A DNA stretch of 64,000 nt from Candidatus Bathyarchaeota archaeon (GTDB lineage Archaea > Thermoproteota > Bathyarchaeia > 40CM-2-53-6), in NCBI GenBank assembly GCA_963733055.1, contig CAVTBR010000001.1, positions 864,001 to 928,000 of the forward strand. The letters run 5' to 3'. The translations under genes and the position numbers were made by a program. The first letter of the stretch is position 1. Every line of letters starts with the position of its first letter. Of the stretch, positions 30,552 through 40,396 are shown one piece after another. The notes beneath the pieces are model-generated. The model was not told the DNA's origin. It did not search any database and was given only the letters and a program-made list of their open reading frames with translations.

Positions 30552-31465
30552 GAAACTCCATCATTGTGGGCACTAGGGGAAGTGCCCTTGCTCTTGCTCA
30601 GACGCAGCAAATAGTTCAGGCGCTGAAGGAACTGGAATCCAGTCTCAGCTTCGAAATAGCCGAAATCAAGACGAAGGGCGATAGCATACGGGATTCTGGA
30701 GAGAGCATTGTCGACAGTAAGCGATTATTCACAAAAGAAATCGAGGAATCTCTAATCCATAAGGAAATTCGCATCGCGGTCCACAGTATGAAGGACCTAA
30801 CAACCGACCTACCTACAGGCTTGAAGATAGCGGCCGTCCCACAACGCTCAGACCATAGAGACGCGTTGATTTCGCGCGATAAACGAAAATTTGAGCAGCT
30901 TCCCGGTGGAGCCCGGGTTGGAACGAGTAGTCCTCGTCGGAAAACGCAATTGTTAGCTGCACGTGGCGATTTGCGCATTCTGGCCATGCACGGAAACGTC
31001 GACACGCGTCTACGTAAACTTGATTCAGGAGAATATGAGGCAATAGTCGTCGCGGCAGCAGGTCTCGCGAGGCTTGGTATGGAAAAGCGTGCTACTGAAC
31101 TACTGTCAACCCGGATCATGCTTCCTGCAATCGGTCAAGGCGCGCTTGCGGTTGAGACCAGAGAGGACGATGAAGAAATGGTGGAATTGCTTTCCAGAAT
31201 AAACCATGAACCAACTTACAGAGCCGTTGAGGCCGAGAGAGCATTCGCGAGAAAACTTGGAGCCAACTGTCAAACGCCAATCGCAGCGTTCGCTACCGTA
31301 CACGAGACAAAATTGAGAATAGACGGCATGGTCGCTTCGTCGGACGGAAGAATGCTTTTGCGCACCCAACTCACTTCAGATAAATCAGATCCAAGAAAGG
31401 TTGGGGAAGAATTAGCGGAGTCCCTCATCAACAAGGGCGCACAGCTACTCTTGGGGGCAACCTAA
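30548..31465 (+). CDS. hemC: Hydroxymethylbilane synthase
   Basis: GTRGSALALAQ, FTKEIE, VHSMKD, GTSSPRR, GNVDTRL and GANCQTP. Confidence 0.96.
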   Translation: MRNSIIVGTRGSALALAQTQQIVQALKELESSLSFEIAEIKTKGDSIRDSGESIVDSKRLFTKEIEESLIHKEIRIAVHSMKDLTTDLPTGLKIAAVPQRSDHRDALISRDKRKFEQLPGGARVGTSSPRRKTQLLAARGDLRILAMHGNVDTRLRKLDSGEYEAIVVAAAGLARLGMEKRATELLSTRIMLPAIGQGALAVETREDDEEMVELLSRINHEPTYRAVEAERAFARKLGANCQTPIAAFATVHETKLRIDGMVASSDGRMLLRTQLTSDKSDPRKVGEELAESLINKGAQLLLGAT

Positions 31466-32250
31466 TGCAAACTTCCATGAAAGTCCTAGAAGGCGTAAAG
31501 ATTCTCATTACGCGCCCTGAAAAGCAGAGTTTCCATCTTTCGGCGAAACTCCGGAATCTAGGAGCCACAACCATTGAGCTCCCGACAATCAGCATTCTTC
31601 CTCCCAACGACACAAACCGTTTGGATGAGTCGATTTTGAGGATTTTGCAATATGATTGGATTATATTCACGAGCGTTCACGGGGTGCGATTCTTCAGTCA
31701 ACGTCTGAAAACACTCGGAGAGCCCCACGATAAACTGAAACAGGTTAAGGTTGCCGCGATAGGGCCCTCTACGGCTGCAGCCTTGGAAAGTATTGGTAAG
31801 GAGGCTGATTATGTGCCAACGCAATACCTGTCAGAGAAAATAGCCGTTGGTCTAGGCGACGTGGATGGAAAACGAATCCTTTTGCCTCGAGCCGACATTG
31901 CTTCGAAGAAGCTTCCTGAACTTTTGAGGCAGCGTGGAGCCCGAGTGGAAGAGGTGGTAGCGTATAGAACGATTATCCCGGAAGGCTTGTCAGCCGACCG
32001 GTTGAAATCAGTCTTGAATCAGGGTATCGGTGTGGTGACCTTCACGAGCCCGTCGACTGTGCGAAATCTCGCTCAAATTGTGGACGCAAATGAGTTGGTC
32101 ATTTTGCTGAAGGGAGTTAAGGTCGCATGCATCGGCCCGGTCACGGCTGAAGCGACTAAGGAATTAGGGATTCATGTCGATATTGTGGCGAGGACACACA
32201 CAATTGATAATCTCGTAGAGGCGATAAAGAATGACATCAGAACTGTATGA
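31465..32250 (+). CDS. hemD: Uroporphyrinogen-III synthase
   Basis: ILITRP, FTSVHGV, IGPST, FTSPSTV and IGPVT. Confidence 0.93.
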   Translation: MQTSMKVLEGVKILITRPEKQSFHLSAKLRNLGATTIELPTISILPPNDTNRLDESILRILQYDWIIFTSVHGVRFFSQRLKTLGEPHDKLKQVKVAAIGPSTAAALESIGKEADYVPTQYLSEKIAVGLGDVDGKRILLPRADIASKKLPELLRQRGARVEEVVAYRTIIPEGLSADRLKSVLNQGIGVVTFTSPSTVRNLAQIVDANELVILLKGVKVACIGPVTAEATKELGIHVDIVARTHTIDNLVEAIKNDIRTV

Positions 32251-33244
32251 AATTTCAGAGAAAAGACGGCTTACTAATCGGCTCCGGAGACTAAGGAAAC
32301 AGGATTCTCTGCGGACCCTTATGAGGGAAACTCGGCTCTCAAGTTCCGATTTCATGTATCCTATCTTTGTCGATCAACGCCTCTCAGTCCGCGAAGAGAT
32401 ACCATCAATGCCAGGTATCTACCGCTTTTCAATGTCTGAACTGACTAAGGAAATTGCCGACGTCATAAGTTTGAAAATACCTGCCGTGTTGCTGTTCGGC
32501 CTTCCTAATCACAAAGACAGCTCTGGAAGCGCAGCCTACGCAACCGATGGCATAGTCCAACAAGCCGTACGGGCCATCAGGAAGTCGGCCCCACAGCTTG
32601 TCATTGCCACAGATGTTTGCCTGTGTCAGTATACTGATCATGGGCACTGTGGCGTAATTCGCGATGGCAGAGTAGAGAACGATGACACGCTGGAATTGTT
32701 GTCGCGAATCGCAGTTTCACATGCCGAAGCTGGTGCGGACATTGTCGGACCAAGTGCCATGATGGACGGCCAAGTTCAATCTATCCGGCTTGCCCTAGAC
32801 AGTCGAGGCTTCCAGGAAACCGCAATCATGGCATATTCAGCTAAGTTTGCATCCGCCTTCTACGGTCCCTTCCGTGAGGCGGTCGAATCATCCCCGTTAT
32901 GGGGAGATCGGCGCAGCTACCAAATGGATCCACCGAACCGCAGGGAGGCGCTTCGGGAGATAGAAATGGACATCAGAGAAGGGGCGGACATCGTGATGGT
33001 CAAACCTGCACTCAGCTACCTAGACGTAATTAGAGACGCAAGAAATCAATTCCGTCACCCGCTAGCAGCTTACAATGTGAGCGGAGAGTATGCGATGATT
33101 AAAGCAGCCGGACAGAAAGGGTGGCTCGACGACAAACGGGTGGCACTGGAAACATTGACAGCAATAAAAAGAGCTGGGGCAAACATCATAATCACATACT
33201 TTGCGAAGGACGCGGCCAAATGGTTACGGGAGGCTAACCAGTGA
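32231..33244 (+). CDS. hemB: Porphobilinogen synthase
   Basis: DVCLCQYTDHGHCG, YSAKFASAFYGPFR, MVKPA and AYNVSGEY. Confidence 0.97.
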   Translation: MTSELYEISEKRRLTNRLRRLRKQDSLRTLMRETRLSSSDFMYPIFVDQRLSVREEIPSMPGIYRFSMSELTKEIADVISLKIPAVLLFGLPNHKDSSGSAAYATDGIVQQAVRAIRKSAPQLVIATDVCLCQYTDHGHCGVIRDGRVENDDTLELLSRIAVSHAEAGADIVGPSAMMDGQVQSIRLALDSRGFQETAIMAYSAKFASAFYGPFREAVESSPLWGDRRSYQMDPPNRREALREIEMDIREGADIVMVKPALSYLDVIRDARNQFRHPLAAYNVSGEYAMIKAAGQKGWLDDKRVALETLTAIKRAGANIIITYFAKDAAKWLREANQ

Positions 33245-33966
33245 AGACGCAGACCTCTACAGATGTTGAACCAGTTCAAGTCACAGAACGGCAATTCCTC
33301 AAGTATACATTCTTCAGAGTCGACTCGCAATGGAGACGGCTCAGCACCGAGGAAAAATCGTCCGCGAGACGGGAGTTCGCGTCAATAGTAGCAGGCTTTG
33401 CGAAAAATAACCTTCTCAGCAGTTATTCTCTTGTGGGCATCCGTGGCGACACCGACTTCATGCTATGGACCATTGCCGGGCAGCTTGAACAATTCCAGGA
33501 CTTCACCTCAGATTTACTATCGTCTAATCTTGGAAAGTATCTCAAGATACCCTACTCCTATCTAGCCATGACCAAGAAATCCGAATACCTAGGTGGCCAC
33601 CATCATGAAGGACAGGAGGGTGCCTCTCCTACCAGCTCAACGAGCAATTCGAAGTACATGTTCGTTTACCCTTTCATCAAGAAACGTGAATGGTACTTCC
33701 TTCCACACGAGGAGAGAACCAAGATGATGGCGCAACACTTCAAGATCGGGCACAAGTATCCTTCAGTCCAAATTCACACCGGGTATTCCTTCGGCCTGGA
33801 CGATCAAGAATTTGTTCTCGCCTTTGAAACAGATCAACCAGCCGACTTCTCAGACTTAGTTATGGAGTTGAGGAGCAGCGAAGCGAGTCGCTACACAGAG
33901 CTAGAAACCCCCATCTTCACGTGCATAGCTGCGCCCATAGATGAGATTCTTACTCTACTAGGATAA
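33241..33966 (+). CDS. chdC: Coproheme decarboxylase (chlorite dismutase family, HemQ/ChdC)
   Basis: YPFIKKREWY (catalytic Tyr/Lys/Trp), proximal His in MMAQH, SFGLDDQEF; lies within the heme operon. Confidence 0.85.
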   Translation: MKTQTSTDVEPVQVTERQFLKYTFFRVDSQWRRLSTEEKSSARREFASIVAGFAKNNLLSSYSLVGIRGDTDFMLWTIAGQLEQFQDFTSDLLSSNLGKYLKIPYSYLAMTKKSEYLGGHHHEGQEGASPTSSTSNSKYMFVYPFIKKREWYFLPHEERTKMMAQHFKIGHKYPSVQIHTGYSFGLDDQEFVLAFETDQPADFSDLVMELRSSEASRYTELETPIFTCIAAPIDEILTLLG

Positions 33967-33992
33967 GCCAGCTCCATCTCTTGTGAACTCCG

Positions 33993-35318
33993 TTGAAGGT
34001 TGACGCATCTAAAGCCCTTTACGAGCAAGCCAGTCTGGTTCTCGTTGGTGGCGTGAACAGTCCAGTTCGAGCCTTCACCGCCGTGGGCGGCACACCGCGC
34101 TTCATTAAGAGGGCGCGAGGTTCAAAGATACAAGACGAAGACGGCAACAGTTACATCGACTATGTTTGTTCTTGGGGAGCGCTAATCTTAGGATCCGCGA
34201 ACCCAAGGGTCGTAAGGACCCTGCGTGCTGCGTTACCTCGAGGAACCAGCTATGGGGCTCCGACCCGACTTGAGACTGAGCTTGCCGACTTAGTTATGAG
34301 TTCCTTTCCTTCGATTGAAAAGTTGCGTTTTGTGAATTCCGGAACCGAAGCCGTGATGTCGGCACTTAGGGTTGCGCGAGCATACACGAAGCGCAACAGG
34401 ATCTTGAAGTTCGAAGGTTGCTACCACGGTCATTCCGATGCAATGCTTGTGAAGGGAGGTTCAGGCATGGCAACGTTCGGTACCCCAGACTCAGCAGGTG
34501 TTACCGCTGGGGCAACAGCAGATACGCTCGTTGCGCCTTACAATAACCCAGACTCTGTCAAAACAATCTTCGAAGAGCATGGTAACGATATCGCTGCCGT
34601 GATTGTTGAGCCAATTGCCGCAAATATGGGGCTGGTTCCCCCAAAATCAGACTACCTCCGTGACCTCAGAGAAATCACCGGGAAATATGGAACCCTGCTC
34701 ATCTTTGATGAGGTAGTTACGGGATTCCGAGCTTCTCTAGGCGGAGCTCAGAAGCTCTACCGCGTCCAACCGGATCTTACATGCCTAGGGAAGATCATCG
34801 GCGGGGGTCTGCCCGTCGGAGCATACGGCGGCTCTCGAAAGATTATGGACCTTGTAGCACCGACCGGTCCTGTCTACCAAGCGGGAACTCTTTCTGGGAA
34901 TCCGTTAGCGATGACCGCGGGAATTGTTACCTTGAAAGAGATCAATAAGCGAGGCTTCTATGAGAAACTGGAAAGGGCGTCAGCTCGGTTGGAACGGGGG
35001 CTACTGGAAGCCGCGAAAGAAGCCGACCGCGATGTATGGTTGAATAGGGTTGGGTCGATGCTGGGATTGTTCTTCACGGACAGCGAGGTCAAGGATTTCA
35101 GTTCCGCGAAGTCCAGTGATACGTCTGCCTACAAGGTATTTTTCAATACTATGCTGGAACAGGGAGTCTACCTCCCTCCCTCTCCCTTTGAGACAATCTT
35201 TGTTTCAGCAGCACATTCCCAGCGAGATGTGACGAAAACGTTTGATGCTGCTAAGCGAGCACTTCAACGGTTGAAATCGAGGAGTGTTGTTTCGAGAGAT
35301 GGAACACCGATTCATTAG
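33993..35318 (+). CDS. hemL: Glutamate-1-semialdehyde 2,1-aminomutase
   Basis: GGVNSPVRAF, NSGTEA, GCYHGH, DEVVTGFR, GKIIGGG and YQAGTLSGNP. Confidence 0.97.
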   Translation: MKVDASKALYEQASLVLVGGVNSPVRAFTAVGGTPRFIKRARGSKIQDEDGNSYIDYVCSWGALILGSANPRVVRTLRAALPRGTSYGAPTRLETELADLVMSSFPSIEKLRFVNSGTEAVMSALRVARAYTKRNRILKFEGCYHGHSDAMLVKGGSGMATFGTPDSAGVTAGATADTLVAPYNNPDSVKTIFEEHGNDIAAVIVEPIAANMGLVPPKSDYLRDLREITGKYGTLLIFDEVVTGFRASLGGAQKLYRVQPDLTCLGKIIGGGLPVGAYGGSRKIMDLVAPTGPVYQAGTLSGNPLAMTAGIVTLKEINKRGFYEKLERASARLERGLLEAAKEADRDVWLNRVGSMLGLFFTDSEVKDFSSAKSSDTSAYKVFFNTMLEQGVYLPPSPFETIFVSAAHSQRDVTKTFDAAKRALQRLKSRSVVSRDGTPIH

Positions 35319-36345
35319 GGCTTGCAAGCGTCAATCAGTGGATGTGACGCCTGTCTGGTTCATGCGCCAAGCAGGCCGTTTTCTACCCGAATACAGGAAG
35401 ATCAGAGAGAAACACGACATAATTTCAATCTGCAAGAACCCCGAGCTGTGCGCTAAGGTTACAACGATGCCCGTCGATATCTTGGGCGTCGACGCCGCAA
35501 TTATGTTCGCCGACATCATGCTTCCTCTAGAAGGGATGGGAGTGGCGTTCAAGATTGAGGAAGGTGTTGGCCCGATCATCAAACAACCAATCTCTGACGC
35601 CCATTCCGTCGCGTCCTTGCACAAACTTGACCCGGTAAACGACGTGCCCTTTGTACTCGAAGCTATAGGAGTAACAAGAAAGATGTTGGATGGAAAGGTG
35701 CCGTTGATCGGATTCTGCGGGGCACCCTTCACGATTGCAAGTTATCTAATAGAGGGACGGCCGACGAGGGAGTTCATCAAGGTGAAGACTCTCATGTATC
35801 GCGAGCCAAAGACTTGGCACGCCCTTATGGAGAAACTTTCAGAGTCGATGACCAACTATCTCCTAGCACAAGTACGAGCTGGTGTTGATGTGGTTCAGAT
35901 TTTCGACAGCTGGGTTGGATGCCTCAGCCCCCACGATTATCACAACTACGTGCTCCCATACTCACAGCATATTTTCCAGGAGCTCGTTGGGACAAAGGTG
36001 CCAAGAATCCACTTCGGAACTGGCACTTCGACACTTCTTGAAGAAATGAGGATGGCCGGTGGTGATGTCTTCGGAGTCGACTGGAGAGTCCCAATTGATG
36101 TTGCGTGGGAAAGGTTGGGTTACGATGTTGGCATTCAAGGAAACCTTGACCCCGCAGCCTTGCTAGGAGACATGGAATTGGTCAAATCATTGTCGACCGA
36201 AATTCTCAAGAAAGTACAGGGCAGGAGCGGACACATATTCAATCTTGGACATGGCATGCTACCTGAAGCCTCAGTGCAGAAAGTTATCGACCTAGTAAAA
36301 TTCGTTCACGATTCAACCCAACAATCGGCAATTGACGCTATGTAG
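35299..36345 (+). CDS. hemE: Uroporphyrinogen decarboxylase
   Basis: PVWFMRQAGRFLPEY, FADIM, GFCGAPFT.ASY, QIFDSW, QGNLDP and FNLGHG. Confidence 0.96.
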   Translation: MEHRFIRACKRQSVDVTPVWFMRQAGRFLPEYRKIREKHDIISICKNPELCAKVTTMPVDILGVDAAIMFADIMLPLEGMGVAFKIEEGVGPIIKQPISDAHSVASLHKLDPVNDVPFVLEAIGVTRKMLDGKVPLIGFCGAPFTIASYLIEGRPTREFIKVKTLMYREPKTWHALMEKLSESMTNYLLAQVRAGVDVVQIFDSWVGCLSPHDYHNYVLPYSQHIFQELVGTKVPRIHFGTGTSTLLEEMRMAGGDVFGVDWRVPIDVAWERLGYDVGIQGNLDPAALLGDMELVKSLSTEILKKVQGRSGHIFNLGHGMLPEASVQKVIDLVKFVHDSTQQSAIDAM

Positions 36346-37266
36346 GTGGGCATTACGAGCGATTTAGCGGTTCTTCTGATGGCATACGGGACACCGAGTT
36401 CAATGGAAGATATCGAGGCCTATCTCACCGACATTAGGAGAGGCCACAAGCCTGCACCTGAGGCCGTTGAGGATTTGAAGAGCCGATACCTAACGATAGG
36501 GGGACGATCGCCGTTATTCGAGATAACTAAGACTCAGGCGTCGTCCCTCAAACAGAAGTTGAGTTCGGAGGGTTTGGGGACTGAGGTTTACATTGGGATG
36601 AAGCATTGGCATCCCTATATTCGGGAAGTCATCCCTCAAATTATTGACAATGGTTTCGAGAGAATAATCGCACTCGTACTCGCTCCTCATTACTCACAAG
36701 TGAGCATCGGGGGATACAAACAGGCGTTAGAAGAGGCAGTCCCTAGCTCAAGCCATTTGGATGTGGATTTTATTGAGAGTTGGCACGATCACCCTCTATT
36801 CCACAAGGCAGTCCAAGAAAAAATTCAGGCTGCCCTCAGTCAGTTTTCAAAGCCTTCAAAAGTCGAATTGCTCTTCACTGCTCATAGCTTACCCGAACGG
36901 ATCCTTCAAACGAAAGATCCGTATCCAACACAACTTCTAAGCTCCTGCAAATCAGTAGCAAACCTTCTAGGGCGTGAACAATGGTCGTTCGCATACCAGA
37001 GCGCAGGTCAGACCAAAGAAAAATGGCTAGGTCCAGACCTCATAGACTTCTTACGTGAGTTCCAAGGTCGAAGAAGTCTTACCGACGTTCTTGTGGTGCC
37101 CATAGGCTTCGTAGCCGACCATCTTGAGATACTCTACGATATTGATGTGGAAGCCCAGGATTTCGCCCGAAACAACGGCCTTAACCTCAAGCGAACCGAT
37201 TCACTAAACTCAAGTCCCGCCTTCATCTCCACCCTGGCGGATCTCGTCCAGAAGCGAACAACTTGA
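36346..37266 (+). CDS. hemH: Ferrochelatase, coproporphyrin type (CpfC/HemH)
   Basis: LMAYGTP, GMKHWHP, LAPHYS, FTAHSLP, YQSAG.T...WLGP and GFVADHLEILYDID. The MAYGTP/APHYS signatures are Firmicute/actinobacterial CpfC-like. Confidence 0.93.
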   Translation: MGITSDLAVLLMAYGTPSSMEDIEAYLTDIRRGHKPAPEAVEDLKSRYLTIGGRSPLFEITKTQASSLKQKLSSEGLGTEVYIGMKHWHPYIREVIPQIIDNGFERIIALVLAPHYSQVSIGGYKQALEEAVPSSSHLDVDFIESWHDHPLFHKAVQEKIQAALSQFSKPSKVELLFTAHSLPERILQTKDPYPTQLLSSCKSVANLLGREQWSFAYQSAGQTKEKWLGPDLIDFLREFQGRRSLTDVLVVPIGFVADHLEILYDIDVEAQDFARNNGLNLKRTDSLNSSPAFISTLADLVQKRTT

Positions 37267-37270
37267 AGTA

Positions 37271-37669
37271 TCAAGTGGTCAACTGGTTCATTCTGACAGT
37301 GACCCAATAATCTCCGGTGGATCCTAAGCTTAGGGTGCTAGTTCCGCTCACCTGCCAACTGTAGTAAGCGCCCCAGGTTGCTTGACCGTAGGCAGATGCT
37401 GTGAGTGTGGAAACGGGTGTGGGCGTTCTAAAGGAAATTGCGACTTCTCCACCATACGGACTCGTCGCAACGCCAAGCAGGTTACCTGATGAGTCGTAAA
37501 GTGAAACTTTCGTTATGTCTAGGCTGCAGGAGTATGCAAAGAAGTCAACATGAATCGTGTACTCAATCGTTACACTTTGAGCAATAACTGTTGATATCAG
37601 AGTAGAGTTCACGAGAATTACTAACGCGACAGCGATGAACCTTACATTCATCTTCGACACCAACGACAA
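37271..37669 (-). CDS. Small secreted beta-rich protein
   Basis: Signal peptide ending VIA-QS; Ser/Thr/Tyr-rich. Confidence 0.65.
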   Translation of the reverse strand: MSLVSKMNVRFIAVALVILVNSTLISTVIAQSVTIEYTIHVDFFAYSCSLDITKVSLYDSSGNLLGVATSPYGGEVAISFRTPTPVSTLTASAYGQATWGAYYSWQVSGTSTLSLGSTGDYWVTVRMNQLTT

Positions 37670-37699
37670 AAGTGTATTGTGAACGGAGAGGGAATTGTG

Positions 37700-38044
37700 T
37701 TAGCTCGAGGGTTGAAGGGAAACGACGCCTCCGGCGTCGTACCATTGAACGTTCATGTTGATCTGGAAGGTTTGGGTCACATACCCAGGAGCTGAAAATG
37801 TGATTGTGCCAAGAACTCCATATGGGTAAGACAGCTCCCAAGCTCCATCGGATCCCGTCAAAGCGGTTTGTGTGTTAAAGCATCGGCTTAAGGTGACAGT
37901 CGCTGCGATTGGTTTGCCGGTGCTCGCGCTGTATACCGTTCCGTAGAGGATCCTGGATTGAGCGTTCGCGAGGGGGACTGCTTGTGACGAGACAAGCACG
38001 GCAAGGACCCCCAAGGTGAATAGTAGCCCGCTAATTCTCCGCAT
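37700..38044 (-). CDS. Secreted carboxypeptidase-regulatory-like (prealbumin-fold) domain protein
   Basis: Signal peptide ending ANA-QS; GTVY..STGKPI.ATV.L...T..DG.W...SAPGY pattern. Confidence 0.75.
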   Translation of the reverse strand: MRRISGLLFTLGVLAVLVSSQAVPLANAQSRILYGTVYSASTGKPIAATVTLSRCFNTQTALTGSDGAWELSYPYGVLGTITFSAPGYVTQTFQINMNVQWYDAGGVVSLQPSS

Positions 38045-38077
38045 GCTGTCTTCCCGAGTCTAATTATGAATCTTGGG

Positions 38078-38692
38078 CTATAAAGGTGGCCGGGGAATTA
38101 GTGCTCGACGTTTCTTCAGCATCACGTAGGAAACTCCACCTATACCGATCAACGCTACGACTCCCACGGCTGCGAGCCAAATCGAAATGTTTTGTTGCTG
38201 TACGGATGCACCTGGGACGCTTAGTAGGAAATCGTTCTGTTCCACTTGTTGTAGGCCGGTTGCAGTCAGATAGCTTATTTTGATTAGGAGGGAAACCTGC
38301 GGCGTGCCGCTTGTCGCGTTTGCGGCTTGAATCCTCGCCGGCATGGCTAGATTGAATGTCCAGATTGCTGATTGCAGGTAACCGAGGTGGAAATTACCCA
38401 AACTCTCAGAATGGATCAGTTCCCATGTGTTGTTCAGTCCCGGGTCTATGTAGGCGTTCCCTTCCGATAGGTAAACATCAGATGGTGCGACATTAAGAAT
38501 TTCCATCTTCAGCTCTGTCGTCTGTCCCGCGGGGACAACGTAATGTCCAGCATCTTGTCCGATCAATGTTAGCGATAGTTGGGGAGTTGTTTGTGCAAAG
38601 ACGGGTGAGAGGACTGCGATGAGTAGTATGATGGGTATCAGAATTACTCGAAACGAGACCGGCATCGTGTTTCTACAGAGTGCCTCAGCCAT
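38078..38692 (-). CDS. Secreted, C-terminally anchored protein
   Basis: Signal peptide (VFA-QT), beta-rich core, and a C-terminal TM followed by KKRR. Confidence 0.7.
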   Translation of the reverse strand: MAEALCRNTMPVSFRVILIPIILLIAVLSPVFAQTTPQLSLTLIGQDAGHYVVPAGQTTELKMEILNVAPSDVYLSEGNAYIDPGLNNTWELIHSESLGNFHLGYLQSAIWTFNLAMPARIQAANATSGTPQVSLLIKISYLTATGLQQVEQNDFLLSVPGASVQQQNISIWLAAVGVVALIGIGGVSYVMLKKRRALIPRPPL

Positions 38693-38947
38693 TGTACAGT
38701 CTATTTACGTTTTCAACTTCGTTTTCGTCAATTTTGAGAGCGCCTTGATTCACGGCCACATGGTATTGGTGATTGGCGCTGCTTTCGTTCGGAAAGTGGA
38801 ACCATACAGAGATCAAAATCCAGTTTAGGCCGCATGAGTCAAAAGCCTCGTAATTCATGGACTTATCTCATGTCGATCCATCGATTTCTTGTCACCAGCG
38901 TCACCAATCTTTTAATTTCACTTCACGAAATTAACTTGAGGATTAAC

Positions 38948-39448
38948 ATGTTGCGTCGCGGTTTCGGAATAGCATTGGCCGCTACCCTTCTTGCCATGAC
39001 TTTGACTTTAGTGGTTAGTGGCGTATTCGTCAACGCAACACAATCGCCACCATATCCGTTCCCTCCGACTTTCCCCGTGAACAATTTCGATTTCACGATC
39101 ACGACGAGCACGACACTCGTGAAGATTCAGCAGGGTCAAACCGGTGGGGTAGTTGTGTGGCTGAACCTTTACTGTCCCAACTCCTCGGCAACTATCAGAT
39201 GTGACTCAACCGTCCTTCAAACCGTAACCTTGTACATTTCAGGCTGCCCCGCGGGCGCTTTCTGCTCACTTGATCGGCAACAAGTTCTACTGCCCCCGCT
39301 TTATCAAGGCGCAAGCAATCTCATCGTTTACACATTCTCAACAGTCCCAGTCGGCAATAATCAAGTTGCACAAATCACCGTAACCGGCGTCGACCAGTTT
39401 GGACAGACTCATTCAACATCTTTCGGCGTAATAGTCTGCTACTGTTAA
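38948..39448 (+). CDS. Secreted Cys-containing Ig-like protein
   Basis: MLRRGFGIALAA signal peptide (start re-placed at 38948); DFTIT....V.I.QGQTG Ig-like pattern; six Cys. Confidence 0.65.
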   Translation: MLRRGFGIALAATLLAMTLTLVVSGVFVNATQSPPYPFPPTFPVNNFDFTITTSTTLVKIQQGQTGGVVVWLNLYCPNSSATIRCDSTVLQTVTLYISGCPAGAFCSLDRQQVLLPPLYQGASNLIVYTFSTVPVGNNQVAQITVTGVDQFGQTHSTSFGVIVCYC

Positions 39449-39561
39449 ACGCTATCCGACCACCACACCGAATTTGTCCGAACGTTCGGTCATTGCCAAG
39501 CATTGCACGTCATCGATCTAATCATCGAACAATGTGCTTCGTCAAGAATTGTGAATCTCCT

Positions 39562-40194
39562 TTAGGATTGCTGGCTGAGCTCATAATCCTGTGGGCTAGT
39601 CACCGTGTTCATGTACACTAACGTCGTAGGTGAGGTTGGCTGAACAGTTGCAAAACCTGAAGTGACTAACGATCCGAAACCGGAGAAGTCGAGTACTCTG
39701 GAAACGCTTACACGAATTGTGAAGGATGGGACCTGAGCAGGTAACGTGAGATAGAATGTTACGAGCTGATATCCGCTCGAAACCGGCAAGTGAATTTGGA
39801 CATTGGCCGTGTCAGTGTAGGGCCCGTAATAATTGCCCGGAGCCGGAGCGACGACGGCGTTCATCGCGTGTAGAGAGACGATCACGGTGATGTCCGTGTT
39901 GCCTGAATTCCTTACCAGTACATGGGTGATATCGATCGTTGACAGTTGGTACGAAGACATCGCAGTGAGCTGATAAGACCGACGAACATCGTTTGTTCCA
40001 CCGAAGGTGAAGTCAATTACAGCCGCGTGAGACCAGCCATACCAAGCGACAACTACAGGAGCTGTAACTGCAACAACTAAGAGGACAATAACCCAAAGGC
40101 TGTGATTGCCCAGGTGCCCTCTCCTACGTGTCGTCTTAGGTCGTGCCTGTACCTGACTATTTTTCTTCTCACGTTTGGTTCCGGGCAGCGGCAC
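39562..40194 (-). CDS. Membrane-anchored beta-rich protein
   Basis: Basic N-terminus, one TM helix and a VRNSGNTD CARDB-like motif. Confidence 0.65.
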   Translation of the reverse strand: MPLPGTKREKKNSQVQARPKTTRRRGHLGNHSLWVIVLLVVAVTAPVVVAWYGWSHAAVIDFTFGGTNDVRRSYQLTAMSSYQLSTIDITHVLVRNSGNTDITVIVSLHAMNAVVAPAPGNYYGPYTDTANVQIHLPVSSGYQLVTFYLTLPAQVPSFTIRVSVSRVLDFSGFGSLVTSGFATVQPTSPTTLVYMNTVTSPQDYELSQQS

Positions 40195-40396
40195 TCACTC
40201 CTTAAGCATTTTCCAATGTATCCGTGTATTTGCGGGTGAAGATTCAAATAGTTTCCCGATGCCGACTCCCACGCGACATGGCACTGCTATCAACAACCGG
40301 TTCGCCGGTAATCGCTTGATTGTGACAGGCATTGAGGCATTTGTTAGACGAGGGTCGGAGAAAGGCTTAACAAAACAAGCTCCCCTGCCATAGGAT

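Noticed and set aside
33241-33966. True chlorite dismutase
   Set aside because: The heme-operon context and the YP.xK...W residues favour coproheme decarboxylase.
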